Shown in pieces: positions 54,510-64,000 of a stretch of 64,000 nt of DNA. Origin of the DNA: Octopus vulgaris (lineage: Eukaryota); the NCBI GenBank assembly GCA_951406725.2, contig OX597815.1, positions 25,916,001-25,980,000 of the forward strand. The letters are read 5' to 3'. The notes under the pieces were generated by a model. It was not told where the DNA came from and made no database searches. It saw only the letters and a list, made by a program, of their open reading frames with translations. The position numbers were made by a program, and so were the translations under genes. Numbering within the stretch: position 1 is the stretch's first letter; each line of letters starts with the position of its first letter.

Positions 54510-55005
54510 TACTGGTCAACAAAATGAAACTTTTTTAATCATCAGACTTTTCTGGCTTAATTTTTGATGCTGATTACGAATCTGAAGTCCGATTTCCTCT
54601 ATCAGGTCACATTTTCATGTTAATTATACCTGCTGTTTTTACTTATAGGATACGTAAAGCATGTCTATATAAAGTACATTGAATGCAAGATACGATAATT
54701 TCATGGCTTTGTATTGTACAAAATTAAAATTATTTTCTACAAATAAATTAGAACAAACTCAAAAACAACATAAAATCTTTGGGATTTGGACTTTCAATGG
54801 TGTTTTTTCTCAGGTAAATTCCTGTATAACACCCAACAGTAGTAATCTAACATTCCTGCATTCCATAATCCTTGATATCGTTGTTCCATCGATGCAATAT
54901 TTTGATGAAAGCGTTCCCTTTGCTCATCAGACACTGCTCCAAGGTTCTCTGCAAAAGAATCCAGATGTGAATCAAGGAAACTGTCTACTATATTTGGGAC
55001 GCTGT
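54510..55005 (-). mobile_element. Chapaev3-like (CMC) DNA transposon 3' end
   Basis: SHLDSFAENLGAVSDEQRERFHQNIASMEQRYQG.W transposase C-terminus; putative terminus ACTGGTCAACAAA at ~54511; superfamily assigned from recall of the motif. Confidence 0.65.
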
Positions 55006-56158
55006 TAAACGGGCAACTAATCATCAACCTTACAATACTACGGCTTCACTGAAGGCCGCCATTCTCCAGGCAATGTCCAAAGTTAATAAAGACCATTTAG
55101 TGCAGGCATATCAACGATTTCAGTTCCGTATTGAAATATTCTTCAAAGCTGAATGCGGTGGTACGATCTGGAAATGGCGATTGAAGTGGAATCAATAAGG
55201 TTTAGTAGGGAAGCAGCCACAGAGAAAAACAGATTAGAGGAATGTCTAGTTAGAAACTTAGAAAACGCGCTTAGGCATCTTAACCCATGTGCTACTGGTG
55301 AGATTAGCCCTTGATTAATTCTTCAACGAAGGCATGAAAGCTGCCTTGTCAGAGCTAAGGCGCGTGCTGTAAGACGCGAGAGTGCTAAAGTTGTCCGATG
55401 AACCCGAGAGGGTGAGGCGCAAAGTGGCCACAAAGCCACAATTCAGTCTTTAACTGGTCATGATGGGTGCATGTCATTCGAAGCCGAAAATAAGGAAGCG
55501 GAAGAATTTTATCAATATACACGGATTACATACTCGTCATAGTGTCGGACACTAAGCACATCGAGGTAACCGATACTATTCAAATGACCACGAGGTGATG
55601 TTAGAAGCAAAAATCAACTACTACAACGTTCTATATAGGGTTAGAGGCGAGCAAGGGCGACAACGTCTTCAGAGAAACTCTAGATGTCTTCGAGAATCAA
55701 CTGGCTTATTTATTCTGAAGAACTTTCGGGCCTGGGTCACTGGATAACTTCAGGTGATCCTTGGCCTGGAAGAGCTACGTGATATGGGGGGAATTGCCGA
55801 CTGAGTAATTACACAGAAGTGCTGTCAGCCGAACCTTTCTGAGACGCGCGCAGAGCGATGAAACTTCTGTTCACGCATTCGTTCAATGTCCGTGTATTGC
55901 TGACTTAAAAAATTATGTCGAACATCTACTGTCTCGAGTAGGGCAAATCCAGCTATTGGTTGAGTTCAACGTGAAGATCGTTCCGCCGTCATTTATGGGC
56001 CAGGCAGGACATGTAGTGTTTATCGGCCTGGTGAACATATGGTGAACCAGTTTGAAAGGGTCCACGACGTTCGCTGATCAAGAAAAAGAAGAAAAAGCTA
56101 TATTAAATCTCTGAGCGAGAGATAAACAGTAACAGTACAGAATCATAAAATATATTTG

Positions 56159-56200
<42 letters not shown>

Positions 56201-56229
56201 GAGAGAGAGAGAGCGAGAGAGAGAGAGAG

Positions 56230-56301
<72 letters not shown>

Positions 56302-56316
56302 GTGTGTGTGTGTATA

Positions 56317-57566
56317 CAGATTGGGGCAGAGAGGACGGGTGTTTTTGAAAAATGCACGAAATCATTAATTTTAATGACATCAATGTGTTCGTACTGAATT
56401 TAACATTTGTCAAAATCAAGTGTGGAAAACAACATCCATCATGTGGTGTCCGTTTCCATCGATGCATTTCTGAAGGCGTTCTTGGAAGTTGGCCTCCACT
56501 CTCTCCAGCATTGCCCTGTCAATTTGGGCGGCTTATGCGCACATATACGTCCAATGTATGCATTTCCCCACAAGAATAATTACAATTGAACAAACCAGGG
56601 GACCGAGCGTGACAAGCAATGCCAGTAAACCTGAAAATGAGGCGGTCACCGAAGTGAGGGCGAAGAACGTCCATTGATGCTCTGCTGTGTGGGCCGTCGC
56701 CCCATCCCGCCGAAACCATACACGTCGAATAGGCATGCGTTTTCGCCGTAATCTAGGCACAAAGAAGTTGCTTATCATCTCGATGTAACGCTCGGAGTTC
56801 AAAGTATGAGCATTTACATTATTGTCTTTAAAAATGTAAGGACTAATGACGGCAGCTTTTCCAGCAGCACACCAGACTCACTTTTTGTAGTGGTCTTTCG
56901 TACAGTTCTCTCAGATTTTCAACAGCCTAATAACGACAGTTCTGTTGATTCATCATGCCATTGAGGAGAAAATGTGCTTCATCACTCATTAACAAAATGG
57001 GGTTGTCATTTACGTCAAAAATTGCTTCTCTCTGACGTGCTAAGTTAAGCCACTGTGCATAGTCCCATGGTTTCAAATGTTGCCCTATGACCAATTTATA
57101 CGGGTAGAAATGTAGGTCTTCATGCAAAATACGCCTTATCAATCTATTATCGATGCCAAGTTCAATGAATGCCACCGAGCAGAGCGATTCGGACTCTATA
57201 TCAAAGCTTGGGGTCCGTAACGTTCGTGGTGCCCCATCAGTCTCCTATTCATTAGCGTACATCGTGTAAGAAGTACATTTACTCAACGTAAGATGGTGTT
57301 ACGAGTGGGAGTAGCCTGATTTCTGTGAAGGTTGAAGTGGCGCCAAAACTCACGCTCATCTGCTGCGACAGATTCGTTATTCTTCAAGTAACTGTCGTAG
57401 GCAAACACGTGATGCTCTATCGTCCAAAGTGCCGTCGTTTCACTTGAAAAGAAAAAGCAAATTCTAAGACACCACGGACCGAATAGTACCTGTCGGACTT
57501 ATGTCCTTCCCCCTGGGGCTGAGTAATAACCATTTCAAAAACGTCCGTCCTCTCTGCCCCACCCTG
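56317..57566 (-). mobile_element. Tc1/mariner DD41D (rosa-type) transposon, decayed
   Basis: TIRs CAGATTGGGGCAGAGAGGACGGGTGTTTTTGAAA / TTTCAAAAACGTCCGTCCTCTCTGCCCCACCCTG; MSDEAHF..NCRY and WFRRDGATAHT motifs; 41 residues to the mutated third D position in ARSPGLFNCNY. Confidence 0.9.
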
Positions 57567-57714
57567 TGGTGAAACAGGTCAGTTCATCCCAAATTCTTTG
57601 TAAACTCCTAACTATATCTCCTTCTGTGTGTATATATACTACCAAAATATGACCCTTTTGAACTTATAATTTTCTGTGTATATATATAGACAAACATGAT
57701 TTTTAATGAAATCC

Positions 57715-57938
57715 TAATATTTTTATGAAGTTTTTAATAATTTCTCAGGATTTTTTCTGTAAACTGTTTTTAACATTTTCTTATTATTATCAAAGAATGT
57801 ATATATGTATTGTAACTTTTTGTGCCTAATATTTTAATGAACTTTTTAATATTTTCCCAAGATTTTTACTTGTAAATTGTTTTTAACATGTTCTTATTAT
57901 TATCAAAGAATGTATATATGTATTGTAATATTTTGTGA
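57715..57938. repeat. Diverged tandem duplication, ~113-bp period
   Basis: TTATTATTATCAAAGAATGTATATATGTATTGTAA at 57781 and 57894. Confidence 0.8.
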
Positions 57939-58089
57939 CAACCAGTACTTAACACAACAAAGCTTTTACATGTTACTTTTGACAATCTTCTTCTAAAAAA
58001 GTGAAACTGGTCAAGTGAATAAACACCTTTTAGAATTGCATTTTCAAACTTTCTTTCAGATATATTTCCACTCGTGCGGTATCTTACAA

Positions 58090-59237
58090 CTTCACTTTGT
58101 AATATGATAGATTCGAAGTTGGGTGGGGCAGAATAGGATAGTTTCATGGTGGATTTATTAAAGATAGAATAATAGTTATGTTGACGAGGGAAGTTGAAGT
58201 CCAGTATTTTAAAGAAGGATTTGGCTAAGTTCTTAACGTTAAGTGAGAAGGGGGCGTGTGTACCACAGAATGGAGCGTCCGCCACTTTTTTTGGTTGTTT
58301 AGGAGCAGTGTTATCCACATTTTTGGAGAATGAAAAAGGTAGTAAAGCCTGTTGTTGTTAGCTATTTTAGCTGTTTTAGTTTTTGACCTAGTGTTAAATG
58401 TATGCGTGCGGGGTCTAGGTTGTCTAGGTGTGAGATCTTCCGGGGTTCTATCAAAGTGTATGTGTGGTCGGTTGTGATTCTGAAGTGTATCTTTGCGATG
58501 TGGTTTGAGATATATATTGTTTAAGTCTGGTGTTATGGATGTATTTTATTTGTTGGGAGAAGCCGCTAACGGTGAGTGCTTGCTTGTAATAAGGTGAGTG
58601 GTTATTAAAAATTTCCTCAGTGGAAGAGAGGTCAGATATACGGGTCGAGATATTATTGATTGTGCTTGCAAAAGTAGATTTGTGGTGATTAGAATGAATG
58701 TATGAGTATTTAAGATATTGGTTAGATTTGTGGTAAGGGGAGTACTGGGAGGTAGATAAGTTTAGAGTTACGTCTAAAACGTTAGAAGTTTTGTGAGAAT
58801 TTTCGAATGTGATAGATAGGTTTAAGAATTTGTGTAGATCCTTTCTAGTTCTTTCCAAAGAGGATTTATTTATGCTTTTGGCAACTAGTAAGGCCTCATC
58901 TCGGTAGGGACCCCTCTTGATGCTAGGGAAATGTATTTGTACCTGATTGAGTATATATATTCCAACCAGGTCAATGACCTAGGCGGAATCAGATGATCCC
59001 ATGGTAATGTCAAATAAGTTGCTATGTTTATTGTTGTGGTGATTAGTTCAGCACCAGAGTTTGCCCTCAAAAGAAATGTGTTTTGCAGGCATTAAGGATT
59101 ATGTTAATTTCCAGTGGGGCTGATTTAGTTAGGTTCTTAGCAAGAAGAAGAGCTTGATTCAAAGGTTTAGGAGAAAAAGAATGGTAATTATTTATGTCGA
59201 ATTGTAGGAAAGTGTAAGGATTTTTTTGTTGTAGCAT
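58090..59237 (-). pseudogene. Penelope-like element reverse transcriptase remnant (Naiad/Chlamys-like)
   Basis: FLQFDINNY, FDITMGSSDSA*VIDLVGIYI, YRDEAL, NVLDVTLNL..YSPYHK..YIHSNH, PFSLNVKNLAKSFFKILDFNFP..IFNKSTMKLSYS motifs; stops and frameshifts. Confidence 0.85.
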
Positions 59238-59340
59238 TTACTTAGCTTTACTCGATACCATTTGAGTCTTCCTGACACCAATACCTTTCATACCATTGAT
59301 ATGTGTATACATACATACATTCATACATACATATACATAC

Positions 59341-59383
<43 letters not shown>

Positions 59384-59528
59384 CATATATATATATATAT
59401 ATATATTTACTTACAAACTCAGCAAAAGCTGTACGTACGCCGCTATATTTATATAAACGGAACAAGAACGTAACGGACGACAGTGAAAACATATGGACAG
59501 ATGGACGATACAAAGATGGACAGGAAAA

Positions 59529-59568
59529 CCAAGACGGAACTTTCGTAGCTTTCTATTCATCAGTCAAG
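59529..59568 (-). ncRNA. Degenerate hammerhead-like motif in a (TA)n-ending fragment (~59406-59740)
   Basis: Minus strand CTTGA-CTGATGA-A-TAG.AAAG.CTA-C-GAAA-GTTCCG-TC-TTGG; stems I and III weak. Confidence 0.4.
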
Positions 59569-59738
59569 AGTCCAATTATCACTACAATTTCAGCCTATTA
59601 CACTTGAGGCTGTTCAAAATTGGTAGGACCGAAAAATCTAAGCTAAAGGCATTAAATTTTGGGAAGAAGCGGGTGAATATGTGCGACAACACGGATAAAA
59701 TGAAACGAGAAAACTGGGTAAATTTTATACGATTACAA

Positions 59739-59772
<34 letters not shown>

Positions 59773-60277
59773 CTGTATTCTCTGAAGTTTCACAGAATTT
59801 TTAATATGCCGTTACATTGTGCATCGTTTATGCCCCACTCCTACTTGTTGTATAATTAAGTTTTTACACCCCTGTACGTTCTTTTAACCAGTTTTTCATA
59901 ACACCTTGTTTTATGTATGAAAAGTCGCTAGTGGCAAATGAAAATGAAAGAGTTATTGTTATATTTATAACAATATTTATTATTATTATTGTTATTGTTG
60001 TCGTCGTCATTATTATTACTATTATTGAAATAAATTAAACTAGTTTCAGTTCAATATAATTCCGGCAATCCTTTCAGTTTGGTCTGTCGCGTAATGCCAA
60101 CTTTTTCACCATAAGCTAGGTGTGGACTATTTGGTCGTTAAGTAATTTTCATCAAAAAACATTGAAAACGAATTTTCATTTTTCAAGTTTTCAAATTACA
60201 ATGTCTAAACGATCAGCTTTATTGATGCTGCTGTCATCGTCGTGGTCGTCGTTGTTGTCGTCGTCATCGTCATCACC

Positions 60278-60311
<34 letters not shown>

Positions 60312-60380
60312 TTACCACCACCATCATCATCACCGTTAACATTACCCCTCTACCACCACCATTACCCCTAGTCCTACAAC

Positions 60381-60819
60381 CAGTGTCGGATTAAGACCTA
60401 TAGAGGCCCTAAGCACTTAAAAGGTTTTGGCTCCCTCAAGTATATGTCAATGGTTCAAACCGTAAACAAAAATAATTCAAAATGTAAACGATAATAAACT
60501 ATTGAATTAATTTTTAGCAAAATTCACAGTAAGATAGAAAATAATGTTTATTTCTGTATGCTTCTGTTTTATGTATATTTTTTTTAAAGTTCTTCCTTCG
60601 TTTTTCTTTTTAATTGCAAAGTTTTCCATGATATTGTTAAACTTAATTTTACGTAAAACTTCTGCTTCTATACTTAGTAGAGATAAGGCATTACGAATAT
60701 TATTTTAGCAAGTTTAAAGTGATTTCTTTCGTGCGTAAACCATTTTCATTTCTGTAGTGCCCCCGTCCCTTAATGCCCTAAGCACGCGCTTATTTTGCTA
60801 AATGGGTTAATCCATTGTG
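60381..60819 (-). mobile_element. Internally deleted hAT transposon with 8-bp TSD
   Basis: TIR CAGTGTCGGATTAA / TTAATCCATTGTG; TSD CCTACAAC vs CCTGCAAC; hAT C-terminal remnant LSLLSIEAEVLRKIKFNNIMENFA. Confidence 0.75.
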
Positions 60820-61549
60820 CCTGCAACCACACACCTTCCCCACCCCTACATCCCGACTTTAGTATCTTCCTCAGGAAATAGTATCGCAACTATCTACAAC
60901 ACCAATGCAACAATCTCCTGTTAGCGATGCATCAAGCATTATGTTTAACTGAGAAGGATGCAATATAACTATAATCGGTGGTGTTAGTGCATTTCGAGAG
61001 GAATTATAAAAAACTATGAGAGAGTTATAGTATCGTCTTGATTTGGCTGTTATTTTTAGCAAGTCGGGCAACAGTATAAAGGCTCTCTTTTCACTCCCAA
61101 TTAACGGTTAGTTACCTCAACGTATTTCCCAACATAACAGTTTTACGTCGTCATCAGGTCGATTGCATAACTTAGACTCCCAGTGCATCGGATGAAACAT
61201 CTATAAGTATTTGCTTTTTGTTTTATCTATTCTTTTACATGTTTTGGTCACTAAACTGCAGCAATGATGGGGCACCGCTTGAAGGGTTTAGTCGAACCAC
61301 AACAGGCTTCCACATTCACTCGCTTGGCGTTGGTCGGCCCAGGGATATAGTAAAAGATATTTATCTTGGCCCAGGGCTATAGTAGAAGACATTTATAAAC
61401 CAAAACCACATGCTGCAAAGAGAGCTTCTTAACCAATTAGCCCGTGTCTATATTCTAAATTTTAATCCATTCAAAACTCCTTTTTTTATCCACACTACCT
61501 GAACTGATACCATACGCCTATCCTTAAAGTTATAATAATCCCTTCAACT

Positions 61550-61740
61550 TAAATTTGGAGAAAGTCGGCTAGTTGATTACATCGAACGGTAAAGATCAAC
61601 TGGTACTTATTATCAACGATACTGAAAGGATGAAAATTAAAGTTGACTTTGGCGGAATTCGAACTCAGATGTGAAGATGGACGAAAAACCGCTTAACGTT
61701 TTGTTGAGTGTCCTAATGATTCTTCCAGCTCTCCGCCTTC
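61550..61740 (-). mobile_element. SINE family A copy (degenerate)
   Basis: CTGGTACTTA..GAAAGGATGAAA..GGCGGAATTCGAACTCAG..CCAGCTCTCCGCCTT. Confidence 0.7.
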
Positions 61741-62261
61741 TTTAAACTGATAGTAATAAACTGCCATATTGTTAGTTCATTTACTTTGTGTTTTTGAAAT
61801 ACTGGATAGCCATCTCGAATATAATGCAACGCATTATTATTATTACTAACGACACACGTAAATATTTCACAGAATTAATGGTAAACATATTGGGTTATTT
61901 CTGAAAAATTTTATCCAATAAACCTGAAAGCGTATCCTGTGTTGTGTCTGCTAATAAGTGAAAAGTGAAGGAAACTGGAATACTATGATTACAAAATGCA
62001 CTTTATATACTTTATGCACAATTTTAAAGGCTTAATACACAGCACTCTCCGTCTTTCTCTATCACTCTTTTTTTCTCTCTCTTTTTTCTTTCACTCTTCG
62101 CCTTTCCCTTCAACTAATCACGTGAAAGTGTTACAGACGGGCTACGTAACGGAGGAAAAATCTTAGTTCAAAATAATTACACATTTCACTCACCTTCCCT
62201 TCCCCCTCTCCCCTTCCCAATCTCTACCACCCCATCCGTCGCTCTCCTCCCTCCCTTCAAC

Positions 62262-63880
<1,619 letters not shown>

Positions 63881-63896
63881 TTTATTATTATTATTT

Positions 63897-64000
63897 CAGG
63901 CACATCGGGTGAAATGCTTAGCGGTGTTTCGTTTGCCGTTATGATCTGAGCTCAAATTCCGCCGCGGTCGCGGTCGACTTTGCCTTTCATCCTTTCGGAG
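63897..64000 (+). mobile_element. SINE family A, cut by the window edge
   Basis: GAAATGCTTAGCGG..CAAATTCCGCCG..GCCTTTCATCCTTTCGG. Confidence 0.8.

Noticed and set aside
55170-56080. GC-richer tract, possibly a decayed L1/Tx1 LINE or an exon
   Set aside because: No ORF of 60 aa or more and no clear motif; left unassigned

Overview
AT-rich animal genomic DNA with very dense microsatellites, most likely an octopus (coleoid cephalopod); this is inferred from the recurring tRNA-derived SINE families and the repeat landscape. No host protein-coding exon is supported, and nearly all listed ORFs are translated microsatellites. The window reads as a gene desert or giant intron filled with decayed transposons: piggyBac, Tc1/mariner DD37D and DD41D, a Chapaev3-like element, hAT, Helitron/HINE-like elements, two R4/Dong LINEs, RTE, CR1, L1/Tx1, a Penelope-like RT, and three SINE families, several with clear TSDs. 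The main result is a set of short non-coding elements that end in (TA)n and carry minimal type-I hammerhead ribozymes with a palindromic stem III, which suggests cleavage as dimers. Clear motifs are at 1799, 17028, 24826, 25271, 43739 and 44127; degenerate or half motifs are at 15947, 59529 and 61114. The best example is a young 2x445-bp tandem with a 5' inverted tail, resembling a Penelope pseudo-LTR or retrozyme. These elements repeatedly sit inside the internal (TA)n tract of one SINE family. A few unique islands between microsatellites are candidate regulatory elements.
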